DNA of 64,000 bases, from contig JACPKY010000002.1 of NCBI GenBank assembly GCA_016186795.1, positions 529,044 to 593,043 on the forward strand, written 5' to 3'. A model generated the notes under the pieces. The model was given only the letters and a program-made list of their open reading frames with translations, did not search any database and had not been told where the DNA came from. How positions within the stretch are numbered: the stretch's first letter is position 1; every line of letters starts with the position of its first letter. This DNA comes from Candidatus Gottesmanbacteria bacterium. Lineage in GTDB: Bacteria; Patescibacteriota; Microgenomatia; 2-02-FULL-39-11. A program made the translations under genes and the position numbers. Shown one piece after another: positions 37,895 to 48,359 of the stretch.

Positions 37895-37925
37895 ATTTTT
37901 TATTTATCAGATCTACAAGCTAGAG

Positions 37926-38390
37926 TCAAGTGATTCTTAGAATTTTATAGATTATTTTACCAGCTGGAGCCTCCACTTCTACTTTTTCACCAACTTTTTT
38001 TCCGAGAAGCGCTTTCCCAAGTGGAGATGAGTGAGAGATTTTTTTCTCAGAAGGATTTGCTTCCCATTCACCAACAATCGTAAATTCTTCCTTCTTCCCG
38101 TCAATATGAAGCGTCACTTTGCATCCGACATCGACTTTTGATCTCGAATGTCCTGAGATTACTTGTGCATCATTGATAACTTTCTCAAGCTCGGCAATCC
38201 GGCCATCAATGAATGCCAAATCTTGTTTGGCTGCAGCATATTCGCTATTTTCTGATAAATCTCCCTGTCCACGAGCATATGCAAGCCTCGAGACAACATC
38301 AGGACGCTTCTTATTCAGAAGCTCGTCGTATTCGGTTTTCAGCTCTGCCAACCCTTCGGGGGTAAGCACCACTTTTTGTGTTTGATCCAT
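37926..38390 (-). CDS. greA: Transcription elongation factor GreA
   Basis: GDLSENSEY, IS.SSPLGKALLG. Confidence 0.98.
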   Translation of the reverse strand: MDQTQKVVLTPEGLAELKTEYDELLNKKRPDVVSRLAYARGQGDLSENSEYAAAKQDLAFIDGRIAELEKVINDAQVISGHSRSKVDVGCKVTLHIDGKKEEFTIVGEWEANPSEKKISHSSPLGKALLGKKVGEKVEVEAPAGKIIYKILRIT

Positions 38391-38458
38391 ATTCTATCAA
38401 TAAATCCCCCTCAAACTGAATATTAAAGGAAAATTGAAGTAGGGGGAAGGTACGAGTA

Positions 38459-38510
38459 AATATAGCGGTTTTCACGGCTGTTGTCAATAACCTATAGAGG
38501 GAGGTATAAT
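38459..38510. promoter_or_regulatory. Overlapping divergent sigma70 promoters (greA and tRNA-Glu)
   Basis: Minus strand TTGACA-N17-TATATT; plus strand TTGTCA-N18-TATAAT. Confidence 0.65.
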
Positions 38511-38518
38511 CTCACTAC

Positions 38519-38592
38519 GCCCCCATCGTCTAGCGGCCTAGGACGGCAGGTTCTCAACTTGCAGATCAGGGGTTCGAATCCCCTTGGGGGTA
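38519..38592 (+). tRNA. tRNA-Glu (anticodon CTC), CCA not encoded
   Basis: Acceptor stem GCCCCCA/TGGGGGT, anticodon loop TT-CTC-AA, T-arm GGTTCGAATCC. Confidence 0.95.
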
Positions 38593-38595
38593 CTT

Positions 38596-39315
38596 CTATT
38601 TATTTTTAATAATTTGGAGAAAATTCTCGAAGAATTTGCGAGCCTGACTCTTCATTTTCGAAGCGTATTCTCTCGCTTGATTTTTCAATAGTGTTTCATC
38701 GATATCAAAATCTTTATGGATCCACTTTCGATCCACTTCTATCTGTGTTTCAACCATCTCGGGGGTAAATTCCATATGGAAAAGACACCCGTATGCACTT
38801 CTATAAGAAAATGCCTGATTTTGACAAAGCGGAGACGTAGCAAGATGTGTTGCATCTTTTGGTAGATCAAATGTATCGCCATGCCATTGCAGCACATCAA
38901 TAATATCTGAAAATCCCCTAAAGAGTGGACTTTTCTGCCCCGCAGAAGTTAGATGTACCCGATAATACCCGATCTCTTTGACATGTTTCCCCTTTTGAAT
39001 ATTGGGATGGACTTTTGCACCCAATGCGTGTGCAAGTAGCTGGCTCCCTAAACAAAGACCAAGAATAGGAATCTTTTGTTTTACCGCCTCTTTGACTGCT
39101 GCAATTTCATCATCACGAGAGGGAAAAATATCAGCAGGCTCATAGACTCCCATCGGTCCCCCCATCACAAGAAGTCCATCGAAGAGTGAAATTTTCGGTA
39201 TCGAGTATTTCTCCCAAAAAGATATCGTCGGGAGTTGTACCCCAAATTCTTTTGCAAACTCTGATAGACTTCCAGGGTGTTCGTGAGATACATGTTGGAA
39301 GACAAGAACTTTCAT
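38596..39315 (-). CDS. Type 1 glutamine amidotransferase
   Basis: MGGPM, GLCLGSQL, WHGD, FHME triad. Confidence 0.9.
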   Translation of the reverse strand: MKVLVFQHVSHEHPGSLSEFAKEFGVQLPTISFWEKYSIPKISLFDGLLVMGGPMGVYEPADIFPSRDDEIAAVKEAVKQKIPILGLCLGSQLLAHALGAKVHPNIQKGKHVKEIGYYRVHLTSAGQKSPLFRGFSDIIDVLQWHGDTFDLPKDATHLATSPLCQNQAFSYRSAYGCLFHMEFTPEMVETQIEVDRKWIHKDFDIDETLLKNQAREYASKMKSQARKFFENFLQIIKNK

Positions 39316-39380
39316 TTTTTGATATTCTGAAAGATTTTTCTTTTAGTCTACTACTTTTATAAATCTGCTAAAATAGGAAG

Positions 39381-40286
39381 ATGAGAGACTATTCATTTCG
39401 GTACCACCAAGGTCAACCTCCTCCCAGAAAAAAATCCCGTTTCTTAATCATTGTTTTTATCGTTGCAACAATCATTTTTGGTTCCTTTATGCTGCGAAAA
39501 CCATCGGTTTCAAACGATATTCCGAATTTCGGGAAAAAATCAGTTGCAGACCTGGTAAATACTGAAATACCCAATCTTCTTTCTCAAGAACCAGGGGTAT
39601 ATACGATATATATTTATGATATACAAAATAACATTGGCTACGGCATCGGTGAGAAAACAACAATGACTGCAGCGTCAGTTAATAAAGTTCCCATCTTAGC
39701 TACCCTCTATCACCTTGCAGGAATTGGGGAAATTGATCTTGAAAGAACCGTTGTGACTCAAAAAGAAGATATTCAAGACTATGGGACGGGCTCAATCCGA
39801 TACGAAGAGCCGGGAAAGACGTATTCAGTTAAAACTCTTGCTCGACTTATGATGCAAAAATCAGATAATACTGCAGCATATATTCTTTCTACCCATATTC
39901 TTGGAGTAAAAAAAATTCAGGAACTAACAAACAGTTGGGGACTTATACAAACAAATATTGAAAAAAATTCCTCATCGCCTTCCGACATGGGACTGTTGCT
40001 TCTCAAAATGTATAAAGGAGAGATTACAAATCAAGCCTTAACACTTGAAATGTTGGAGTTTATGACAAATAGTGATTTTGAGGACAGAATTCCTACAGGT
40101 GTACCACATGAAGTTGAAGTCTATCACAAAACGGGTGATGAAGTTGCAAAAATTCATGACGTGGGAATTATTGATAAAAAGGGGCATCCCTACATTCTGG
40201 CAATTTTCACAAGTGAGATGTCAGATAATGAGCGAACAAAAAGAATCATGGCAGAAATCTCACGGAAAGTCTACACGGCGTTTTAG
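39381..40286 (+). CDS. Membrane-anchored serine hydrolase, class A beta-lactamase-like
   Basis: SVNK, SDN and HKTG motifs; N-terminal TM. Confidence 0.85.
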   Translation: MRDYSFRYHQGQPPPRKKSRFLIIVFIVATIIFGSFMLRKPSVSNDIPNFGKKSVADLVNTEIPNLLSQEPGVYTIYIYDIQNNIGYGIGEKTTMTAASVNKVPILATLYHLAGIGEIDLERTVVTQKEDIQDYGTGSIRYEEPGKTYSVKTLARLMMQKSDNTAAYILSTHILGVKKIQELTNSWGLIQTNIEKNSSSPSDMGLLLLKMYKGEITNQALTLEMLEFMTNSDFEDRIPTGVPHEVEVYHKTGDEVAKIHDVGIIDKKGHPYILAIFTSEMSDNERTKRIMAEISRKVYTAF

Positions 40287-42742
40287 GAATGAAGTCGTGC
40301 AGTAAGGGTTTGTGGTACAACTTGAGGTACTTCAATATCTTCTCTGACTGATTTGACCAGTGCTACATGTAATACCTGATCCATGTGTTCAACAAACACG
40401 AACCTCAGATCGTCCAATACGTATGTCGGTATATCCTCCAGATCTTTCTTATTATTTTTCGGTAAGATGATTGTTTTTATTCCTGCTCGATGAGCGGCAA
40501 TGACTTTTTCTTTCACTCCGCCAATTTCAAGTACTCTTCCCCGAAGTGTCACTTCGCCTGTCATGGCAACGTCTTTTTTCACTGCGACTTTCGTAAGAGC
40601 CGAAACGAGAGCTGTCGTTATGGCAATTCCTGCTGATGGACCGTCTTTTGGTACTGCTCCTTCGGGCACGTGAACATGGACATCAAGGGTTTGGTAAAAT
40701 TTGTCTGGAAGCCCAAGGTCGTGGGATTTGGCACGAATATAGGATAGGGCTGCTTTGCAGGATTCTTTCATAACATCTCCGAGCTGACCTGTAAGAGTAA
40801 GATTTCCCTTCCCCTTCATGAGTGCTACTTCGATAAATAGTATATCTCCCCCTGCCTCAGTCCAGGCAAGTCCGGTTGACATACCCACTTCATCTTTTTT
40901 CTCTGCAAGGTATGATGTGTATTTATACGGGCCCAAATATTTATGAAGTTTGGAAACTATGAGCGTTACTTTTCCTTTTTTGCCTTCAACAACTTCCCGA
41001 GCCACCTTTCTACATACGGTTGCAATTTCTCTTTCAAGACTTCGTACACCTGCTTCTCTTGTATATCTTGTAATAATTTCATGAAGCGCTTTATCGCCAA
41101 ACGTTATATTCTCTTTCGAAAGTCCATGCGCAGTGAGCTGTTTTGCTACTAAATGGTCTTTTGCAATATGAAATTTTTCATCCTGCGTATATCCGGCAAA
41201 ATGAATAATTTCCAGTCTGTCTCGAAGAGCAGGTGGAATCGTATCCAAAATATTGCATGTGGTAATGAACATGACATCAGACAGATCAAATGGGACCTCC
41301 AGATAATGATCAGAGAATGCATGATTCTGTTCAGGATCAAGTGCTTCCAAAAGTGCAGCTGAAGGATCCCCACGGAAGTCCGAGCCGACTTTGTCGATCT
41401 CATCAAGCATAAAGACTGGATTTTTCGTTCCCGCCTGTTTTACTCCCTGAATTATTCTTCCTGGCATAGAACCGACATATGTTCTTCTGTGCCCACGAAT
41501 CTCTGCTTCATCCCGAATCCCTCCCAAGGAAACTTTTACAAACTTTCTGCCAAGAGCCTTGGCAATAGATCGGCCAATTGAGGTTTTGCCGACTCCAGGG
41601 GGTCCGACAAAACAGAGAATTGTCGGTGTTGAAACTCTTTTTGCCGGTTCTTTTGCTTTCGTTTCAGCTTTTGCACCTTTATCAGAGAGGATATTCCCAG
41701 TCTCCATTGAATGTCGAAGTTTCATAACAGCCAAGTATTCCATAATCCGCTCCTTGATTTTCTTAAGGGCGTAATGATCTTGATCGAGAACTTTAAGGGC
41801 CTCAGCCAAATCAACATTATTGGCTGAAGATGCACTCCAAGGCAGATCAATCAACCAATCGAGGTAGGTTCGGATATATGATGCCTCCGGATTATATGAA
41901 GACATTTGGGCAAGACGTTTGAGCTCTTTTTTTGCTTTATCTTCAACATCGACCGGCATGCCAACTTTTTTGATTTTCTCTGCCAATTCTTTTATTTCTT
42001 TTGATTCACCCTCTTCCCCTAGTTCTTTCTCAATTGTTTTCAACCGTTCCCTCAAAACTGCTTCTTTGACTGATTTGTCAAATTTCTCCTGGGTTTTACT
42101 GGCAATTTTTCGCTCAATCTCAAGGATTTTGACTTCATGCGTCAAATATTCTGCAATTTTGGTAAGTTTTTGATCAACATTTCGCATTTCCAAAAGTTGT
42201 TGCTTCTCTACTGGTTTAATATCCAAAACTGCAGAGACATGGTTGGCAAACTCCGATGGTGAAAGTCCTGACATGATGTTCATAAATGAAAGAAAATCAA
42301 CTGATTTCCCAAGGTTGACAGCCTTTTTCAGCTCGGTACTGATATGATTTACCAACGCTACAATTTCGTCTGATTGGATAACCTCATCTGGTACTTCGAC
42401 GACATTGGCAAGGAAATACGGGTCAGTCGACTGATAGTGAGTAATTTGAACACGAGAAATTCCTTTTACCAGTGCGTTTATCTCTCCATCGGTTTTGAGA
42501 ATTCTTTCAATTCGGGCAATCGTTCCAATTGCATGTAAATCTGTCGGTTGTGGATCGTGGATATGTGGAGTTTTTTGCATCGCAAGGACAACCATTCTAT
42601 CTGTTGAATTGGATGTCTCAATTGCAGCGAGCGATTTTGGCCTACCAAACGTTAAGACAATTTCTGTATTTGGGAAAACAACACCATCTCTTATGGGAAT
42701 AACGGGAAGAACTTTAGTTTGTGTTAGATTCGCATCAGGCAT
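40283..42742 (-). CDS. lon: ATP-dependent protease La
   Basis: [29 protein letters not shown]. Confidence 0.99.
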   Translation of the reverse strand: MPDANLTQTKVLPVIPIRDGVVFPNTEIVLTFGRPKSLAAIETSNSTDRMVVLAMQKTPHIHDPQPTDLHAIGTIARIERILKTDGEINALVKGISRVQITHYQSTDPYFLANVVEVPDEVIQSDEIVALVNHISTELKKAVNLGKSVDFLSFMNIMSGLSPSEFANHVSAVLDIKPVEKQQLLEMRNVDQKLTKIAEYLTHEVKILEIERKIASKTQEKFDKSVKEAVLRERLKTIEKELGEEGESKEIKELAEKIKKVGMPVDVEDKAKKELKRLAQMSSYNPEASYIRTYLDWLIDLPWSASSANNVDLAEALKVLDQDHYALKKIKERIMEYLAVMKLRHSMETGNILSDKGAKAETKAKEPAKRVSTPTILCFVGPPGVGKTSIGRSIAKALGRKFVKVSLGGIRDEAEIRGHRRTYVGSMPGRIIQGVKQAGTKNPVFMLDEIDKVGSDFRGDPSAALLEALDPEQNHAFSDHYLEVPFDLSDVMFITTCNILDTIPPALRDRLEIIHFAGYTQDEKFHIAKDHLVAKQLTAHGLSKENITFGDKALHEIITRYTREAGVRSLEREIATVCRKVAREVVEGKKGKVTLIVSKLHKYLGPYKYTSYLAEKKDEVGMSTGLAWTEAGGDILFIEVALMKGKGNLTLTGQLGDVMKESCKAALSYIRAKSHDLGLPDKFYQTLDVHVHVPEGAVPKDGPSAGIAITTALVSALTKVAVKKDVAMTGEVTLRGRVLEIGGVKEKVIAAHRAGIKTIILPKNNKKDLEDIPTYVLDDLRFVFVEHMDQVLHVALVKSVREDIEVPQVVPQTLTARLHS

Positions 42743-42746
42743 AGTT

Positions 42747-42780
42747 TTAGCAGTGTAACAAACAGAGTGCTAATTGTCAA
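42747..42780 (-). promoter_or_regulatory. CIRCE (HrcA operator) overlapping the lon promoter
   Basis: TTAGCACTC-N9-CACTGCTAA overlapping TTGACA-N17-TACACT. Confidence 0.8.
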
Positions 42781-42801
42781 GCGTGAATTCCCCTCCTTTG
42801 A

Positions 42802-43659
42802 TTATACGAACTCTTCAAACAGTTTTTCAATCGTCTCTTTTGGTGCATTTGGAAGTGAAATGAGAGGACTCTTTGATAGTTGAGGCGTCTGATCAACGTA
42901 GGTTGGTTTATCTTCCCGAAAGAATATACCAACCGGTATTTTATCTGTCCATTCCAGGGATTTTTGAAACGCGTACCCACGATCATTCGGAACATAGGAA
43001 TCCGGAAGTTGATAAATATGATCTCGATACCACTGATAGGTGTTCACGTGGTTGAACGTTACACACGGTTGGAAAACGTCAATGAAGGCAAACCCGCGAT
43101 GCCTCAATCCTTCGGCAAAAATTTTTGTAAGATTTGGTATGTCCCCTGCAAACCCCCTGGCAACAAATGTAGCACCAGAAGCAATTGCGATTGCCAGTGG
43201 ATTTACCGGATCTTCAATCACCCCAAAGGGGGTTGATTTTGTTTTAAATCCTTTCTGAGCCGTTGGGGCAGTCTGTCCTGTTGTCAATCCATACACCTGA
43301 TTGTCATGGAGAATCATCTTTATGTCGATATTTCTTCTTGCTGCATGAACCAGATGGTTTGTTCCCTCCCCAAACGTATCCCCGTCTCCTGCAACGACAA
43401 TCGTAGGAAGTGTATGATTTGCCAAATGAAACCCTTCAGCAACAGGAATTGGTCTCCCGTGAAGTGTTTCAATGGCATACGACTGAAGAAAATTCACCAT
43501 ATGTCCGTGGCATCCTATCCCATAGACAAGTACAAAATCTGTAGGATTCCACCCTAATAGAACGAGCGTCTGTTTGAGGGAAGCCCATATGCCAAAGTCC
43601 CCACACCCTGGACACCAGTTTGGTTGGCATGGCGTTTTGAAATCGGCAAAATCAGACAT
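42802..43659 (-). CDS. 2-oxoacid:ferredoxin oxidoreductase, beta subunit
   Basis: WCPGCGD, GIGC, GDGD, YGLTTGQ, QPCVTFN. Confidence 0.95.
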   Translation of the reverse strand: MSDFADFKTPCQPNWCPGCGDFGIWASLKQTLVLLGWNPTDFVLVYGIGCHGHMVNFLQSYAIETLHGRPIPVAEGFHLANHTLPTIVVAGDGDTFGEGTNHLVHAARRNIDIKMILHDNQVYGLTTGQTAPTAQKGFKTKSTPFGVIEDPVNPLAIAIASGATFVARGFAGDIPNLTKIFAEGLRHRGFAFIDVFQPCVTFNHVNTYQWYRDHIYQLPDSYVPNDRGYAFQKSLEWTDKIPVGIFFREDKPTYVDQTPQLSKSPLISLPNAPKETIEKLFEEFV

Positions 43660-45379
43660 ACTTTTTCAATCCCTCGATAATATCTTCTGGGTAAAACGGT
43701 CTTCCATCATATTTTAATATCTTATTTTTTATTTCATATCCAGTCTTCATCCGGATAAGATCGGCCATTTGTCCATTATGATTCCCTTCTACATCAATAA
43801 CTCTCTTACAATTTCCCAAAATACGAGAAACTGCAACTGTTGGGAAAGGATTCACGTAGTTTAACTGGACATAATTTACCGATATTTTCCCTTCTTCCTT
43901 GAAATTTTTTATTGCTTCTAGAGCTGCTCCTTTTGTTGACCCCCAGCCGATAACCGTCACATCGGCATCTTTTTCTCCATAGATCACAGGGTCAGGAGCT
44001 ATTTTATCTGCAGCCATCTGTTTCTTCATTCGCTTCTCGATCATCTTTCTCGTATTTTCTGCACTCTCTTCTGAATAACCATATTCATTATGTTCATCGG
44101 AATTTGCTCGGAATACGCCTTTTTTTCTCCCTGGGATTCCACGCGGAGAAATACCATCTTCGGTGAATGTATATCGGGGAAATTCGATTTCTTTTCCTTG
44201 CTCCCTCTCAGTTGCAATTTTCCCCCGATCGATACTCACCTTACTCGCCTCGAAGATTGGAGTCGAATATCTCGTCTCGCAAAGATATTTATCCACAAGA
44301 ACAAATGTCGGTGTCTGGTATGTATCTGCTAGATTAAATGCAACAGATGTCAGATAAAATGCTTCCTGGGCATCCCCTGGGGCAACTACAAGTCGTGGAA
44401 ATTCTCCCTGTGAGGCATTGAGGACAAAGTGAAGATCGGCTTGCCCAGTCCAGGTAGGAAGCCCGGTTGCAGGACCTGGACGCATCCCCATCACAATAAC
44501 AATCGGTTGCTCTATCATCCCTGCTAGTGATGTTCCTTCGACCATTAAGGAAAACCCGCCTCCGGATGTCGCAACCATTGATCTTACTCCTGCAAACGAT
44601 GCACCAATAGCCATATTGATCCCTGCTATTTCGTCTTCCGGCTGTTTATAGACAATCCCCATTTTTTCCTGAATGCTTGCCATAAGATTTAAAATCGCAT
44701 TAATCGGTGTCATGGGGTATGCGGCAAAAAACTTCATACCTGCGGAAATTGCACCAAGTCCTACAGCTTCTGCTCCAGTCACAACCATTTGTTTTTGTGT
44801 TTGTTTCGGAGCTTCTTTCTTACTTGCAAATTCTTTAAAATTAGAAAAAATATAGTCATATCCCTTCCGTGCCGCAGAAACATTAAGTGTAGTGACTTTC
44901 TCGCCCTTTTTAGCAAATTGAGACGTTAAGATATTTGAAAGAATTTCAAAATCGATACCCAAAATTGCCATACTCACACCAAGCGCTACGGTATTTCGCA
45001 TAATCAGATCTCCGCCGACACTTTTAGCAAGGGTAAGAAGAGGAACTGAGAGAAAATTTGCACTTTCTGGAGTTTTCTCAATTTCGTATTGACTCCCATC
45101 GTAGATAACAATCGCGCCACCGCCGAGTTCTTCTCTATGATACTCAATTGTTTGCTTATTGAGAGCAACGAGCACATCAACAGGTTTATATTGTGCAGAA
45201 AGTTCATCGGGAGAAAAGGTAATCGAAACGGTATTGTGACCTCCCCGGATAAGGGATGGATACTCGTTTATTTCAATAATATGAAAGCCGGACCTAGCAA
45301 GAGCTTTGGAAAGGGTCAATCCCGAAACCATGATACCAAAACCAGCCTCGCCTCCGATTTTCCACGTTTTGTAATTCAT
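43652..45379 (-). CDS. 2-oxoacid:ferredoxin oxidoreductase, alpha subunit
   Basis: GGEAGFG, IRGGH, YPMTP, EDEIA, RPGPATGLPT. Confidence 0.95.
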   Translation of the reverse strand: MNYKTWKIGGEAGFGIMVSGLTLSKALARSGFHIIEINEYPSLIRGGHNTVSITFSPDELSAQYKPVDVLVALNKQTIEYHREELGGGAIVIYDGSQYEIEKTPESANFLSVPLLTLAKSVGGDLIMRNTVALGVSMAILGIDFEILSNILTSQFAKKGEKVTTLNVSAARKGYDYIFSNFKEFASKKEAPKQTQKQMVVTGAEAVGLGAISAGMKFFAAYPMTPINAILNLMASIQEKMGIVYKQPEDEIAGINMAIGASFAGVRSMVATSGGGFSLMVEGTSLAGMIEQPIVIVMGMRPGPATGLPTWTGQADLHFVLNASQGEFPRLVVAPGDAQEAFYLTSVAFNLADTYQTPTFVLVDKYLCETRYSTPIFEASKVSIDRGKIATEREQGKEIEFPRYTFTEDGISPRGIPGRKKGVFRANSDEHNEYGYSEESAENTRKMIEKRMKKQMAADKIAPDPVIYGEKDADVTVIGWGSTKGAALEAIKNFKEEGKISVNYVQLNYVNPFPTVAVSRILGNCKRVIDVEGNHNGQMADLIRMKTGYEIKNKILKYDGRPFYPEDIIEGLKKYV

Positions 45380-45475
45380 AGGTAAGACGAATATTTTGTC
45401 GGTCCAGGAAATAAATTCCTTCAAACATTTTTTCCTGCAGGAATTTTCATAGGGTAAAACGAATAATAAAGAGGA

Positions 45476-45739
45476 TTACGGGTATACCTGCTTACCCGTT
45501 TCATCGGTTATGATGATTGCTGCAACCGGACACGATTTCGCCGAATCCATCAAAACGTCAGGATTTTCTTCATCGCAAGTATCAAGAAAAATTGCTTTGG
45601 CTTCGTTATCCAATGCAAATGTCTTTGGCGCAACGGCAACGCACGATGCAGCCCCGATGCACAAATCACGATCGACAACGACTGTCCAGTTCCCAATCTT
45701 TCGTGGCCCAGACGGTGGAGCTGACTTATTTTGATCCAT
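45476..45739 (-). CDS. Ferredoxin (single cluster, probably 3Fe-4S type)
   Basis: CIGAASC...CP. Confidence 0.9.
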   Translation of the reverse strand: MDQNKSAPPSGPRKIGNWTVVVDRDLCIGAASCVAVAPKTFALDNEAKAIFLDTCDEENPDVLMDSAKSCPVAAIIITDETGKQVYP

Positions 45740-45768
45740 ATCCCCTTTTTCTTTTTATAATCTACTTT

Positions 45769-46152
45769 TTAGACCTTGGCAAGTAGCAATGTTTTGTGGA
45801 CGACCTCAAGTGGAAGAGTGGCACATTTAATTCTGGCTGGAGTAAGAACGGTGCCAAGGAGCTTTAAAATATCTTCCGTTTTTAGCGTCAAAACTTCCTC
45901 CTTCGTTTTCCCTTTCACAAAATCTGTCAAAAGAGAAGCAGATGCAATGGATATTGCGCACCCTTCCCCTGAAAAACGGATATCTTCGATCATCTTTTTA
46001 CCCGGCAATTCCTTTATTCTGATTTGAATTTTGATTCTATCGCCGCAACTAGGATTTTCTTCTTCAGAAATTACAGATGGATCAGAAAGGATTCCAAAAT
46101 TTCTGGGATTTTTATAATGGTCCAAAATATTGTCGCGGTAGAGATTATCCAT
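45769..46152 (-). CDS. sufU: SufU/IscU-family protein
   Basis: ILDHY..PRN, NPSCGD, GCAIS, RIKCA. Confidence 0.9.
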   Translation of the reverse strand: MDNLYRDNILDHYKNPRNFGILSDPSVISEEENPSCGDRIKIQIRIKELPGKKMIEDIRFSGEGCAISIASASLLTDFVKGKTKEEVLTLKTEDILKLLGTVLTPARIKCATLPLEVVHKTLLLAKV

Positions 46153-47377
46153 TGAAAAGACGAGTGGCTTTCTCAATGCCACCTGCTAGTAAATCTACCT
46201 CCTCTTTCGTATTGTAGATGTAGAAACTAGACCTTGCTGTTGCAGAAAGCTTTAAATATGTATGAAGCGGCATTGCACAGTGGTTGCCGGAACGAATACA
46301 GATATTATCACTATCCAATACTTGTGCGAGATCATGCGGATGTACACCCAAAACGGTAAATGCGACAACACCACCTTTTCTTTCTGCCCTTTCTGGCCCG
46401 AAGATTTTTACTCCTTTCAGCTGCCCAAGAACTTTTAATGCGTAACGAGTAACTTCTTCCTCGTGCTTCCGCACCGCATCCATCCCAAGCGTTGAGAGGT
46501 AATCAATGGCTGCACCAAGTCCGATAGTCCCGGCAATGTGAGGAGTTCCTGCTTCAAATTTATGAGGCGCATCTTTGAAAATTGTCTTCTCTAAGTAAAC
46601 CTCTTTGATCATCTCTCCCCCTGTCTGGTATGGTGGCATTTCTTGTAACAAGTCATACTTTCCCCAGAGAACGCCAACACCAGTCGGAGCAAGCATTTTA
46701 TGGCCAGAAAAAACAAAGAAATCGCACCCGAATGTTGAAACGTCAACAGACATATGGGGAACTGCTTGTGCTCCGTCAATTAAAATAATCGTTTTGGGAT
46801 TTTTGGACTTGATGCGACGGATTACTTCCTTCATAGGGTTGATTGTTCCCAATACGTTTGATACGTATGTCAAGACAACCAATTTGGTACGGGAAGTAAT
46901 GAGTTTCTCCAGATGATCTATATCTAGTTCATAGTCTGGTGTTATTCCTGCGTATGAAAGCTTTGCACCAGATTTTTGGGATATTTCCTGCCACGGAACA
47001 ATATTTGCATGATGTTCCATCACTGTTGAAACAATCTCGCTCTCGCGATCTAGATGTGCTCTCCCCCATGTTGCTGCGACGAGATTAATTGCCTCGGTAG
47101 CATTTCGCACAAATACTATTTCATTTTCGGACTTCGCACCGATAAACTTCGCAACCTTCACTCGTGCATCTTCGTATTTTTGTGTCGCTTCCTCAGAAAG
47201 TGTATAGATTCCCCGGAAAATGTTGACGCTGAATTTCGTGTAGTACTCCATTATTGCATCGAGAACGAGCTTCGGTTTGAGAGAAGAGGCAGTAGAGTCA
47301 AGATAGACAATCGGTTTGCCATGTATCGTACGAGTAAGTATAGGAAAATCCTTGCGGATGAGATGTGTATCAAACAT
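46145..47377 (-). CDS. sufS: Cysteine desulfurase SufS
   Basis: EHHAN, SGHK, FEAGTP, RSGNHCA. Confidence 0.96.
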   Translation of the reverse strand: MFDTHLIRKDFPILTRTIHGKPIVYLDSTASSLKPKLVLDAIMEYYTKFSVNIFRGIYTLSEEATQKYEDARVKVAKFIGAKSENEIVFVRNATEAINLVAATWGRAHLDRESEIVSTVMEHHANIVPWQEISQKSGAKLSYAGITPDYELDIDHLEKLITSRTKLVVLTYVSNVLGTINPMKEVIRRIKSKNPKTIILIDGAQAVPHMSVDVSTFGCDFFVFSGHKMLAPTGVGVLWGKYDLLQEMPPYQTGGEMIKEVYLEKTIFKDAPHKFEAGTPHIAGTIGLGAAIDYLSTLGMDAVRKHEEEVTRYALKVLGQLKGVKIFGPERAERKGGVVAFTVLGVHPHDLAQVLDSDNICIRSGNHCAMPLHTYLKLSATARSSFYIYNTKEEVDLLAGGIEKATRLFNG

Positions 47378-47403
47378 AGAGTAGAAAGTTATTAAACTAC
47401 CGA

Positions 47404-47715
47404 TTAATCTACTGCCACGAGGATATTTTCTCCATCAACTTTGGTCTTATATACTGTAATTGGTGATGTTGCGGGTGGAGCGAGAACGCCCCCGGTTGAA
47501 ACATCAAACTGTGCACCATGGCAATAACACGTGAGTGTATATCCATCTAAGAATCCTCCTGCAAGGGCACAATGCTCATGGGTACATTCTGCCTGGAAAG
47601 CAAAGTATTCCCCATCGGTATTTGCTACGGTAATTTTTTTCCCACCAAGGGTAAATTCCTTCATTTTCCCGGGTGGAAGATCCTCTGTTGTCGTTACTTT
47701 TTGGAAATCAGCCAT
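47404..47715 (-). CDS. Rieske-type 2Fe-2S ferredoxin
   Basis: CTH...CYCHG. Confidence 0.9.
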   Translation of the reverse strand: MADFQKVTTTEDLPPGKMKEFTLGGKKITVANTDGEYFAFQAECTHEHCALAGGFLDGYTLTCYCHGAQFDVSTGGVLAPPATSPITVYKTKVDGENILVAVD

Positions 47716-47726
47716 AATGCCCTCTA

Positions 47727-48356
47727 TTATACTAATGCATGCAACTGGGAATAAAGCTTGCTCTCGATATCTTTCCTAATATTGTCATTCGGAATTCTGC
47801 GAAGCACGTCCTGATAAAACCCTTTAATTAAGACTCTTGAAGCATCTTTTTGTGTAAGTCCCCGTGTCTCCAAATAATACATCTCATCCTCACGAAGTTT
47901 CCCAATAGTTGCCCCGTGGGTACACCGTACATCATTTGCTTCTATTTCAAGAGTAGGTCTTGTGTCTGCCCAAGAATTCGGAGACATGAGAAGTGTTTGA
48001 TTCTTCTGGTATGCGTTGGATTTTTGAGCATCTTTCTCAATCCGTATAAGGCCTGAATAGTAAACTTTCGCCTCATCGAAAAGAACTGATTTAATAAGAA
48101 GATCACTTACACTCTCGGGTTCAACGTGATCTTGAAACGTGTAGAGCCGTACATGTTGCTTTCCGTACCCCACTATCAATCCTAAAATTTGAACATCTGC
48201 GTTTCTTCCTGATATGAAAATTTTTACATCGCCCTCGGAATTTTTTCCATCGGTCAGCACAATAACAAATGTCTTTTTCTCTCCTTCGTTTACGGAAAAC
48301 TTTTGATCTTTTTCTAAGGAGTTAATTACAATAGTATCGCTATCTCTCTTTTCCAT
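47727..48356 (-). CDS. sufD: SufD (short form)
   Basis: P.LEI..NDVRCTHGAT, YLETRG. Confidence 0.88.
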   Translation of the reverse strand: MEKRDSDTIVINSLEKDQKFSVNEGEKKTFVIVLTDGKNSEGDVKIFISGRNADVQILGLIVGYGKQHVRLYTFQDHVEPESVSDLLIKSVLFDEAKVYYSGLIRIEKDAQKSNAYQKNQTLLMSPNSWADTRPTLEIEANDVRCTHGATIGKLREDEMYYLETRGLTQKDASRVLIKGFYQDVLRRIPNDNIRKDIESKLYSQLHALV

Positions 48357-48359
48357 TTT

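Noticed and set aside
37670-37925. T-box or lysine riboswitch upstream of lysS
   Set aside because: No T-box consensus (GGTGGNACCGCG) or lysine-riboswitch core is visible; the leader-peptide model explains the pairings.
39381-40286. Functional beta-lactamase resistance gene
   Set aside because: It is membrane-anchored and I could not identify the class A omega-loop Glu motif; more likely a PBP-like hydrolase.
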